DNA of 44,282 bases from a virus. The position numbers and the translations under genes were made by a program. The stretch lies in the IMG/VR virus record IMGVR_UViG_3300010352_002455. One strand, written 5' to 3'. The number at the start of each line of letters is the position of its first letter. Positions within the stretch are counted from its first letter, which is position 1. The notes under the pieces are model-generated. The model ran no database searches, had not been told where the DNA came from, and saw only the letters and a program-made list of their open reading frames with translations. Shown one piece after another: positions 19,169 to 27,611 of the stretch.

Positions 19169-19574
19169 AACAAAACAAAAATATTAATAGAAAAAAAAAC
19201 GGGTGGGACAGATAAAATTCAATTAATTTAAATTTTCCAATAGCAATTTTTTAACATCCATTTTATTTTCTATTAAATTATTCTGTCACTGTTTTTTTGC
19301 AACCTTTTTTTCTAAAAAAAAGGTTTCGTGGGAAGATTGAGTCCGTTGCACGCCCTACCATTTTGGGAAATTTCCAAAAAGTTTTACAGGAAATATGATT
19401 TATAACTATTTGATAGCCAAATAATTACAATTGATATTTTGTTAATAACTTTGTTTAAATTGTTGAAAACTAATGCTTTAAATATTTTTTTGTATTAATA
19501 TTTTTTGTATTTTTATATACAATTCAATCGGGCAACCAGACGCCCGACATTTAAAAACTTAAATTCACAACACA

Positions 19575-19964
19575 ATGAAAAACATTGAGAAGGTTGCAAC
19601 CGTACCGCAAACGGTTGAAAGTGCAAACGTTGAAAGTAACAACGTAAATTTTGAAGGTGCAAAACTGCAAAAAGAACTTCAGAAAATGTTAAACAAACTG
19701 AATGAAAAGAAAGTTCTTGCCGACAATCGGGAAATCTTTTTGAACACAAAAGAAAAACTTCAACAGTTTATTGGAGCTATCAAAGAACAGGGATTTGAAA
19801 GCAAACAGGGAAGAGTAATTTTAAAAATGACAACAGACGGCTACAGGGAAACAGATGTTCTTTCAATCTCCAATCCTGATTTGTTATTGAAATTTGCTGA
19901 AATTATTCAAAAAGAAATTGATTTGAAAATTTCTGAAATTGAAATGCAACTCCTTAACAACTAA
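19575..19964 (+). CDS. Hypothetical protein, first gene of the plus-strand island
   Basis: 129-aa ORF followed by a stem-loop and T-run (19981-20016). Confidence 0.5.
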   Translation: MKNIEKVATVPQTVESANVESNNVNFEGAKLQKELQKMLNKLNEKKVLADNREIFLNTKEKLQQFIGAIKEQGFESKQGRVILKMTTDGYRETDVLSISNPDLLLKFAEIIQKEIDLKISEIEMQLLNN

Positions 19965-19980
19965 CTATTTTTAAAAGGAA

Positions 19981-20016
19981 AGCGGCGGAATGTTACCAGA
20001 CGCCCGCCGCTTTTTT
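19981..20016 (+). terminator. Intrinsic terminator-like hairpin after 19575..19964
   Basis: agcggcgg ... ccgccgct stem followed by tttttt. Confidence 0.5.
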
Positions 20017-20053
20017 ACTTAAATTCACAAAGTAAATTTAAAGCGCAAATATA

Positions 20054-20512
20054 ATGAAAAATTTAAATACAAAAATACCACAGGTTGGCATCTTTTTAGT
20101 CAACAAAATAGATTTAAATGAAGCAAAGAAAATCACAACTGCCCAACAGGCTGCAGACGTTTTTAAAGCAATTGAAGACTTTAATAAAACAATAGATTGT
20201 TATGAACAGTTTTACACTATTTATTTGAATCAAAATAGTAAAATACTTTCTGTTTGTTGTATCGGTTCTGGCGGTGAAACCTCTTGCACTGTATCGATTC
20301 AAAAGATTGCGCAGGGTGCAATCTTACAAAATGCACAAGGAATTATATTATCACACAATCACCCCAGCGGCAACCTTGCCCCATCAGACCAGGATAAAAA
20401 GCTAACAAGGCAAATAGTATCAGCAATGGAATTATTTAATATAAAAGTGTTAGACCATTTAATTATAACATCAGACAATTATTATTCATTTTCAAATAAC
20501 GGAATTATTTAA
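20054..20512 (+). CDS. radC: RadC-like JAB/MPN domain protein
   Basis: ..GIILSHNHPSGNLAPSDQDKKLT.. matches the RadC/JAB motif HNHPSG..PS..D. Confidence 0.8.
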   Translation: MKNLNTKIPQVGIFLVNKIDLNEAKKITTAQQAADVFKAIEDFNKTIDCYEQFYTIYLNQNSKILSVCCIGSGGETSCTVSIQKIAQGAILQNAQGIILSHNHPSGNLAPSDQDKKLTRQIVSAMELFNIKVLDHLIITSDNYYSFSNNGII

Positions 20513-20530
20513 CAAAAAAAAATTAAAGCA

Positions 20531-20944
20531 ATGAATACAATAAACAGACAAGAACAGTATAACAGACTTTTAAAGTCATCTTTAGAGGCAAGGGATATAA
20601 GAGAAGGCTTATTGAATAACGCATTAGAACAGAAGAAAACAAACCTTTATTCATTTTTTGAAAGTAAACCACTTAACTATTTTATAGTGAATTATGTTTA
20701 TAAAACAAAACAAGATAATATATTTAAAAAATTTAAAGAGTGGAAAAAAGAAGGTGCAACAGTTAAAAAAGGAGAAAAAGCGTTTCCGGTTTGGGGTTTG
20801 CCGGTTGGCGTGCAGAAAGTGAAAGAGGCTTTAAAAAACGGCAAAAATTATGAGCCAACGCCCGAAGAAAAAGAAAAATTTCCAATGTGTTATATTTTTT
20901 CAAACAATCAAGTAAGTTTTAACGAAAATCAAAAAGGGGGTTAA
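20531..20944 (+). CDS. ArdC N-terminal-like (DUF1738-type) ssDNA-binding domain protein, anti-restriction candidate
   Basis: ..FKKFKEWKKEGATVKKGEKAFPVWG.. and ..CYIFSNNQV.. resemble the ArdC-N motifs F.Q...G..V.KGEK and Y.VFN..Q. Confidence 0.45.
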   Translation: MNTINRQEQYNRLLKSSLEARDIREGLLNNALEQKKTNLYSFFESKPLNYFIVNYVYKTKQDNIFKKFKEWKKEGATVKKGEKAFPVWGLPVGVQKVKEALKNGKNYEPTPEEKEKFPMCYIFSNNQVSFNENQKGG

Positions 20945-20957
20945 CCCCTTTTTTTTT
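20931..20957. terminator. Bidirectional hairpin between convergent genes
   Basis: aaaaaggggg-ttaa-cccctttttttt. It overlaps the stop of 20531..20944 and faces the terminase 3' end. Confidence 0.5.
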
Positions 20958-20980
20958 ACACTTTACCCGTCCACAAGCTT

Positions 20981-22690
20981 CTAATGCGCTCCAAAACGAA
21001 CCGGAATTATAACTCTCCCACCGCTACTAATTCTATCTGAAAACTTTGTCCATACAATTTTATCGGCAGCGTCAGAAAAGTGGGTGGCTTCCTCAGGCAG
21101 CACGCCGGATCCCTTACGTTCAGAGGTTTTATCTTTCTGTAATTTACCATCAACTTCCTTAACCATTGCATTGTTCATTGAAATTAATGTAAATTTACAT
21201 TTATTCCCATTAATTCTGATAATTGGCAGTGTTGGATCTTCTTCTCGAAGAATCATTCCCCATAACAGGTATTTATCCGACATTGGGGGTTCCATGCCCT
21301 TATGAACAATTTCTTCTATGTTCCACCCCCTTTTTGTCAAGTACTCAATGGCTTGTTCATTAAAACTCTTAGAGTTAACAACAGCTGGGTTCTTGTGATC
21401 CCCATAGCGATCTCTATAATATAATAGTCTTCTGTTTTGGTGGGATTTATAATAATTACAAAACTGATCACAGAGTTCTTTAATCAATATGTTACTATTC
21501 CCTTCAGGTTTGGAATAGAATTCATTTATAAAATTAAAAACAGGACGCTGAGAAGTTAAGCCCGTTTTGTAGTCAAAATTACGCGTCTGACAGACGCAGA
21601 ATAAAGAGATGGCGCTTCCCCAGTCCGGAACAATTTCAAGGGGGATTGCGGTATTGCAATCGCGGTCCTGAATAGAGTTTTGTGATGATAGCTGTTCTAA
21701 ATCAAAATCAGTATCTTTAGCAAGGTTTTTCAATAGTTCCTCGTCAAGTCCTGAATAATAGATCTGCCTTTCATCGTTAATAGCGTAGAAACAATCCTCT
21801 ACTTTGTCAAATAAAAAATTCATTATTTCGACTAGAAAAATAAGAAGAGGAAGTTTCTTTTTATTTTCTTTGATATAAGATAATCCCACAAAATCAAGGT
21901 TGTCAAAGGCATTTGAGAGCGTGAACAATATTCCGTCTTTGGAAACGAACGGCCGAATTTGAGCTTTCAACCGGGCAATTTCATTCCAAGCGTCTTTAAA
22001 TTGTTTTGGATCCTCAATGTCTAGTAATTCTATTTGTTGCTTAACTATTTTGTTCCAAATTACAAATAGAGGAATCCCCGCTTCTTCCTGATAGTATTTA
22101 GCATATTCCAACACCCATCTTCCTGTTTTTGTTGGAGGCATGGATGTCGAGTATTTAAATCCATGATGTATATTAATAGGTTTTTTGCTTTTTTCTCCAA
22201 AAAACTCCATGTTTCCACGAACGGTCGGTGAAACCTCCTGATCATATTGTTCCTTGTTAATAGTAAGAGATTCATCCATAATCTCATAGTCAATATTGGC
22301 ACCACGTCCAGAGCCTTTTTCAGACTGTGAAATCATAGCTATTTTTGTCCCGTTTGAAAATGAAATTATATTGTCAAATTTTGACAACTCTTCATACGAA
22401 TCATGATACCAGGATGGAGGACGAACTCCGATTACAAAGTTTACACCTTTCTCATATCCCATCTCTTTGAGAATTTTAAAACTGGATGGGAGTGTTCTTG
22501 TTAGTAACTGTCCGTACGTTTGCCCTGTTAAGGAAATTACCGATTTAGGCATTCTCCTAACACACCTATCTATAGTAAATCCAATGCCGGCAGACTTACC
22601 GGTTCCACGCCCTTCAACATTTACTTCTTTACCGGGTTGCAATATAAAGCCGGGAAGCTGCGCCCTATTGGCGGAGAGTTTAGTTTCCAT
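20981..22690 (-). CDS. terL: Terminase large subunit
   Basis: 569 aa. Walker A-like GRGTGKS near the N-terminus and Walker B-like IDYEIMDES. Size and two-domain layout fit a phage TerL. Confidence 0.75.
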   Translation of the reverse strand: METKLSANRAQLPGFILQPGKEVNVEGRGTGKSAGIGFTIDRCVRRMPKSVISLTGQTYGQLLTRTLPSSFKILKEMGYEKGVNFVIGVRPPSWYHDSYEELSKFDNIISFSNGTKIAMISQSEKGSGRGANIDYEIMDESLTINKEQYDQEVSPTVRGNMEFFGEKSKKPINIHHGFKYSTSMPPTKTGRWVLEYAKYYQEEAGIPLFVIWNKIVKQQIELLDIEDPKQFKDAWNEIARLKAQIRPFVSKDGILFTLSNAFDNLDFVGLSYIKENKKKLPLLIFLVEIMNFLFDKVEDCFYAINDERQIYYSGLDEELLKNLAKDTDFDLEQLSSQNSIQDRDCNTAIPLEIVPDWGSAISLFCVCQTRNFDYKTGLTSQRPVFNFINEFYSKPEGNSNILIKELCDQFCNYYKSHQNRRLLYYRDRYGDHKNPAVVNSKSFNEQAIEYLTKRGWNIEEIVHKGMEPPMSDKYLLWGMILREEDPTLPIIRINGNKCKFTLISMNNAMVKEVDGKLQKDKTSERKGSGVLPEEATHFSDAADKIVWTKFSDRISSGGRVIIPVRFGAH

Positions 22691-23260
22691 CTAACTGTTC
22701 ATTATTTCTTCTGCTTGCGCGTCTGTGATCTCGTCAGATATTGTATTAAGAAATCGCTGTCTTATTGAAGGGGGCAAGCGAAGAATTTCCGCTTCTGAAA
22801 ACCTGACATTATTAATAGTAATGAAAATGTCGTTTTTTTCGATGTGTTTAGGATCAATCCTGATTGGTGGAAGTTGTGAAATATGCTTTTGCAAAGTGGC
22901 TAGATTTTTCGCCTTAGCCATTTCATCAGCACTGGGGCTGGCAATTTCTTCCATTAGTTTGCTTAAAAACCAGTCTTCTATAAAATCTCTGTCTATTGCG
23001 GCGTGTTTATGAAAGAATTTCATGGAGTTTTCAAGGTCTATAAATGCCTGGGATCTTGATAGTCCCTTATAGGCTAACATAAGCTTCCTTGCCGCGGTAT
23101 GTTTTGCCGGAAACTGTCTCAATATAGAGTAGGCAGACTGCCACCGCTTTAATATTTCTTTCTGTTCGGGTGAAATAATTCCATTCTCACCCTGTTCAAA
23201 ATAGAGAGAAATGGATTCAAAATCCCGAATTGCAATATCATTAACACTCGATTTACTCAT
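22691..23260 (-). CDS. Putative terminase small subunit (position only)
   Basis: 189-aa ORF whose stop abuts the TerL start codon. Confidence 0.35.
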   Translation of the reverse strand: MSKSSVNDIAIRDFESISLYFEQGENGIISPEQKEILKRWQSAYSILRQFPAKHTAARKLMLAYKGLSRSQAFIDLENSMKFFHKHAAIDRDFIEDWFLSKLMEEIASPSADEMAKAKNLATLQKHISQLPPIRIDPKHIEKNDIFITINNVRFSEAEILRLPPSIRQRFLNTISDEITDAQAEEIMNS

Positions 23261-23552
23261 TAATCAGTTTATTAGTTTTTTTCTCTGTTTTCTTACGCAG
23301 CTGAAACATCTGAAACAATGCAGGCGATGATGAGTTCTTAGCCGAATCCATAATGACCTTATTGAGTTCCACCTGTGCAGTAAACCATCCCTTAAACCAG
23401 GTTTCATAAATATGCCCTGATTCGGATTCAAATTCTTGAATAATGCTATCTTTATCAAAATTAAAGTTGTGTATAATTTCAGGCAGCCCCATGCCAAGAT
23501 ATCCGATATTATAGATAGTTTCTTCATCTTGTTTTGTTAAATTCATTGTCAA
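23253..23552 (-). CDS. Hypothetical protein
   Basis: 99-aa ORF, overlapping its neighbours at both ends. Confidence 0.5.
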   Translation of the reverse strand: MTMNLTKQDEETIYNIGYLGMGLPEIIHNFNFDKDSIIQEFESESGHIYETWFKGWFTAQVELNKVIMDSAKNSSSPALFQMFQLRKKTEKKTNKLINE

Positions 23553-24096
23553 TCAATTTTTTATCTGTGTCATATACTGAGTTAATGCATTGTATTATAC
23601 ATCGCTCCGGCTGTGGATTAGATGTAAAATTAAGGCTTCCGGAAATGGATATTTTCCAGTTTTCATTCTCTAGCAAACAAACCTTAGCGTGAACGGGAGA
23701 TATGATCACCGGAAAATTGGCCTGAGCTATCTGCAATGGAATGGGATTTCTGACTTTAACACGTGGATCAATCCACAATCTAAACTCAGTAATAAGCCCG
23801 TTTTTCTTTCTGAATAAAATATCATTTATAGCATCTTCCGATATAGCCCAGGTGCAAGCCACTACCTTGCAAGGTCCAACCTGTCGGAGTAAATAGTTCA
23901 GGATCTCATGCATGGCGATTCTTCCGTCTGTCCAAAAATTAATGACCATCCCGGGTTGAATCTTACCAATCAGATTTTTTAAAATTCTGCTTTTTTCATC
24001 TGAAAATTGAACATGTTCAGGAAAACATTTATCATACGGAAATGTTTCTATTGGCTTCGGAGTATCACTTATTACAGAAGAAACATCTACTATCAT
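23524..24096 (-). CDS. PLD-superfamily (single HKD-like motif) Nuc-type nuclease-like protein
   Basis: ..PVHAKVCLLENENWKISISGSLNFTSNP.. contains H-x-K and GS-x-NF(T/S), as in Nuc/PLD endonucleases. Spacing is slightly non-canonical. Confidence 0.5.
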   Translation of the reverse strand: MIVDVSSVISDTPKPIETFPYDKCFPEHVQFSDEKSRILKNLIGKIQPGMVINFWTDGRIAMHEILNYLLRQVGPCKVVACTWAISEDAINDILFRKKNGLITEFRLWIDPRVKVRNPIPLQIAQANFPVIISPVHAKVCLLENENWKISISGSLNFTSNPQPERCIIQCINSVYDTDKKLIDNEFNKTR

Positions 24097-24950
24097 TTTG
24101 TACTCCTTTCTTCGATACTCTTCAGCACTTGTTTATAATCGTTTTTAAGTTGTTTTAGTTTTTTTTCAGCGGCTGTTCTGACAGTTCCGGGAGGGAGTGG
24201 GCGTGGTTGTTGAAGCTTGGATATTGATTGATAAGTAATTTTATTCTGCAGTTTCGTGATAGAGGATGCCAGGGCTGTTTTCTTACGTAGCAATTGAATA
24301 TCGGTCAGGTTAGATATCTTTTCTTTAGAAGTGTTTTTTTCGACAGTTTCCTCTGATGTGCCGGTTTTTTCTATTAATTTTTTTAGTTCTTCCGGCATTT
24401 TTTCTGTTCTAAAATATTCCTCCTTGAGCTCGTATAGGCGATCATATAGCCGTATCATAGGTTTTCTCTTGTCAAGCAGTTTTTTTCTCTTGTTACAAAG
24501 TGTTTCAGAATTTCCTTTTCCGACTTCAAATAACTCGTTGTGAATCGTTGCTATTTTGGTTGACAAATTAAACAGTTGATCTTTACATTGTTGAATTATC
24601 TGATAATATTCAGGATTTACATTTGCAGGGCAAGGGGTTTGTTCCGTTTTAATTTTATTTAAAATCTGTTCCGGTTTTTTCTCAACTACTTTTGACTCCT
24701 CCGGCTTCGGAATATCTTTTTTAAAAAAGGTTGACAAAAGTTGCTCATTGCTACACTTCTGATTAAACAATATAGGAAGCGGAATTCCCAAAATCTTTTT
24801 TAATTCATATTCTAATTTGCTCTGCAAAGAAACGCTTCCACGAATGAAGAAATCGGCAAGATATTTATTTGTACTGTATTTTGAAAAAATACGAGCACCC
24901 TCCCGGTAGTCTCTTTTTGAATCAATCAAATATTGTTTAATATCATCCAT
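24093..24950 (-). CDS. Hypothetical Lys/Glu-rich coiled-coil protein
   Basis: 285-aa ORF with no motif recognised. Confidence 0.5.
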   Translation of the reverse strand: MDDIKQYLIDSKRDYREGARIFSKYSTNKYLADFFIRGSVSLQSKLEYELKKILGIPLPILFNQKCSNEQLLSTFFKKDIPKPEESKVVEKKPEQILNKIKTEQTPCPANVNPEYYQIIQQCKDQLFNLSTKIATIHNELFEVGKGNSETLCNKRKKLLDKRKPMIRLYDRLYELKEEYFRTEKMPEELKKLIEKTGTSEETVEKNTSKEKISNLTDIQLLRKKTALASSITKLQNKITYQSISKLQQPRPLPPGTVRTAAEKKLKQLKNDYKQVLKSIEERSTK

Positions 24951-25000
24951 CTGCTTTTGTTTGTAGCAAAATTAGTGTTAGGAAATTTCCAGAGTAGGAC

Positions 25001-25029
25001 AAAAAAAGGCAGCCATGCAGCCGCCTTTT
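25001..25029 (-). terminator. Intrinsic terminator downstream of 25053..25895
   Basis: On the minus strand, aaggcggc-tgcatg-gctgcctt is followed by a T-run. Confidence 0.55.
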
Positions 25030-25052
25030 CAAACAAACAATAATTAAAATCA

Positions 25053-25895
25053 CTAAGATACAGTGAAGTTTAGCGTAGTCCCGTATTTTTCCTGACCATC
25101 CACGATGATATAAGCAAAATAGGAGTAGTCTGCTGCTGACATGGTGATTGTTTTCGTGTAAGCAACTCCAGTTGTGAAAGTAGGCATGGCAACAGTGGTC
25201 CAGTCAGCATCACCTTCCTTGCGATATTTGAATCCAACTTTGGAAATTGCACCGTCATTAACGGTAGCAAGGCCGGATAATGTCACGCTAGTTCCTGACA
25301 CACTCTCTGCGTTGGTTACAATAGTCGGAGCAACTCCGTCAGTTACCTGAATAGAGTCAACTACGCCCTTGTAAATTTGCGGAGAGGTACAGTCGTAGAT
25401 AAAGTTCATATTTGCTCCATTGGCATCGGTAATGGCTTTGCCCGACGTTCCTTCTCCTGATTCGAGGGCTACTCCGCGATCTGCATCGCCAAGCAGGTGC
25501 CAGGTCCCATTTGAAAGTTTTACTAAGAGCACCATTTCGGCGTTCAAAATCACAGATAAGAAGCCGAGCAGAGATTCTTTGAATCCCGGATGGTAGATTT
25601 CCAAATTTGCACGAAGCCCCTTAGAACCATCTTCGCCTTGCGGCGTGTATTTAAGTTCTCCGGCATCGATTTTACTGTATAGTTTGAAGAACCGTTTTCC
25701 GGTTTTCATAACTATGTCAGTTATGGTGTTTACATGATCAGCGAGCTGGGTTCTTGATGCCTCAGCAAGCTTGGTGGGGAATGTTTGAATGTCGTCTTTC
25801 ATGGCATACAACACAGTGTTGATGCCCGACATGCTACCCCCGCAACCTGCATTTTTATTCAGGTCTTCTAGCGAAAAATTGCATAAAGTGGTCAT
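25053..25895 (-). CDS. Virion structural protein with a C-terminal FN3/Ig-like domain (possibly the major tail protein)
   Basis: 280 aa. The C-terminal ~90 aa (..SVSGTSVTLSGLATVNDGAISKVGFKYRKEGDADW..YFAYIIVDGQEKYGTTLNFT) matches the domain repeated at the capsid protein C-terminus. Confidence 0.4.
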   Translation of the reverse strand: MTTLCNFSLEDLNKNAGCGGSMSGINTVLYAMKDDIQTFPTKLAEASRTQLADHVNTITDIVMKTGKRFFKLYSKIDAGELKYTPQGEDGSKGLRANLEIYHPGFKESLLGFLSVILNAEMVLLVKLSNGTWHLLGDADRGVALESGEGTSGKAITDANGANMNFIYDCTSPQIYKGVVDSIQVTDGVAPTIVTNAESVSGTSVTLSGLATVNDGAISKVGFKYRKEGDADWTTVAMPTFTTGVAYTKTITMSAADYSYFAYIIVDGQEKYGTTLNFTVS

Positions 25896-25920
25896 TGTTC
25901 TATTTTTTTATTGTTATTTT

Positions 25921-25949
25921 AAAAAATTAAGTGCGTTGAAGAGACGCAC
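25921..25949 (-). terminator. Intrinsic terminator downstream of the capsid gene
   Basis: On the minus strand, gtgcgt-ctcttca-acgcac is followed by ttaatttttt. Confidence 0.55.
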
Positions 25950-25960
25950 CCCTCTGACTA

Positions 25961-27550
25961 CTACTCTCCAGCGGAGGTAGCAAAGGCGGACCAACCGCCG
26001 TAGAATTTAGTGGTTCCCACTAAAACGTATGCTCTTACATAATAGGTTGTTGCTGACGTTAACCCGGTAATTGCCTTGGAATTTGCACCTGCAGTTGGAG
26101 CGTTGGTTACATCTGTCAGGGTTCCTGCCATATCAACTCCGTATTCAAACCCTCCGCCAGTTACGCGGCTTCCTGCATCAGTGTAACTTGCATTCAGGGT
26201 TGCGCCTGCTGCTGTTATACTTGAAGCCGGAGTAGTAACACAGATAGGATCTACAAGAGGAGCTGCAGTTGTGGTAAATTCAACTGTTTTCCCTGCGTAG
26301 CTATCGTTTCCGATTGTTACAACAGCTTTAACATAGTATTTAGTTGCAGCAGATAAACTTGTCAAGCTTCCCGTAAGGATTCCGGCAGACAAAGAGGCTG
26401 CTGCATAGCTGTTCATTGCAGTTTTCGAAGTTCCGTAATAGAATCGTAATGTTGCCTCTGCAAGATTGGCAAGCCCGTTTAACTCACCATTTGTCACAGC
26501 GGCATTATGAGTTATGTCTGTTATTGCGTTTGTGATAACATTCAAGTCTGTATCAGTAACATTTCCACCAGAAGTAGTTGTTGAATCTTCCTGTTCAACG
26601 GTTTCGGCAGTAGCCCAAACAAGCTGATTGCAGGCAAATCCAATACCTTCCCACCAGTCGCCGAGAATGTGAACTTGTCTGTCGTGAAGTTGTACATCAA
26701 GTGATGCTCCGGAAAATCCCCTCTTGGTTATGTGGAGAACATTTTCTTTGAAAGTTGAAAATAAGTCATTCGTGCCAGCCATTGAAGGAAGCCCACAAAC
26801 CACGTGAGCAGTGAAGTCGATAGTATCGTCGATTTCTTCCGGGGAATTGATAAAATAATATCCCTTTGAACGTTTATCGCGTTTTAGGTATTTAACCCAC
26901 TTTTGTGACATAAAGTGAATGACAGGCTTGCCGGTATAGAGATCAGATATCTGGTCATCGTATGCCTCAATTTGATCGAGAATTGTTGACTTGTTTAAGG
27001 TCCCAATTCCTCGGATCACATGGATTGGATATTTTTCATTTTTGGCTCCATTAATCAGCTGCACGCGGAGTCCGTCCATGGTGTCTTCAGGAGAGGTGCC
27101 ATCTTCATCATAAACTCCTTTGTAAACGGCGTAGAGTTCTTTGTCTTCCTGAACCTGATTCAGAATATAGACTTCCATCATCCAGCGAACGATAGGCCAA
27201 TCCTTTAGATTTTTGTCTTTCCCTGCTAAAAAGCCTAACCAACTTGCCTCGATATCATTCGGATAGAGATCTACATCTACCTTAATTTGACGGAGGCGAA
27301 TTTCGTTTGGATAAAACGTAACACCACCATTCGGGTCGAAGGATTTTTTGAATGGTTTAATCAGTTTGGTGAATACCGGATTAGCCAATTTGAAAATGGT
27401 GTCTTCGGTTTTCATAGGGGTTGTACACTTCTCAAGAGTGACTGACGGTTGCATCAAGGCACCTTTGAGACGATTCAGGTTTTGCCCTGAATTCTCATAA
27501 TAATCACCGAATTGTTTGATAATATCGGCGGTGTTAAAAGTTGTTGACAT
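25961..27550 (-). CDS. Major capsid protein with two C-terminal FN3-like display domains
   Basis: 529 aa, immediately downstream of the protease/scaffold gene and followed by a strong terminator. The C-terminal ~190 aa hold two tandem repeats ending ..TKYYVKAVV..VEFTT and ..TTYYVRAYV..SAFAT. Confidence 0.6.
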   Translation of the reverse strand: MSTTFNTADIIKQFGDYYENSGQNLNRLKGALMQPSVTLEKCTTPMKTEDTIFKLANPVFTKLIKPFKKSFDPNGGVTFYPNEIRLRQIKVDVDLYPNDIEASWLGFLAGKDKNLKDWPIVRWMMEVYILNQVQEDKELYAVYKGVYDEDGTSPEDTMDGLRVQLINGAKNEKYPIHVIRGIGTLNKSTILDQIEAYDDQISDLYTGKPVIHFMSQKWVKYLKRDKRSKGYYFINSPEEIDDTIDFTAHVVCGLPSMAGTNDLFSTFKENVLHITKRGFSGASLDVQLHDRQVHILGDWWEGIGFACNQLVWATAETVEQEDSTTTSGGNVTDTDLNVITNAITDITHNAAVTNGELNGLANLAEATLRFYYGTSKTAMNSYAAASLSAGILTGSLTSLSAATKYYVKAVVTIGNDSYAGKTVEFTTTAAPLVDPICVTTPASSITAAGATLNASYTDAGSRVTGGGFEYGVDMAGTLTDVTNAPTAGANSKAITGLTSATTYYVRAYVLVGTTKFYGGWSAFATSAGE

Positions 27551-27611
27551 GATTTAATAATTAAATTGTTAATAATGATTTTTTACTTTGTGAATTCGAG
27601 TTTTGCTTTGT

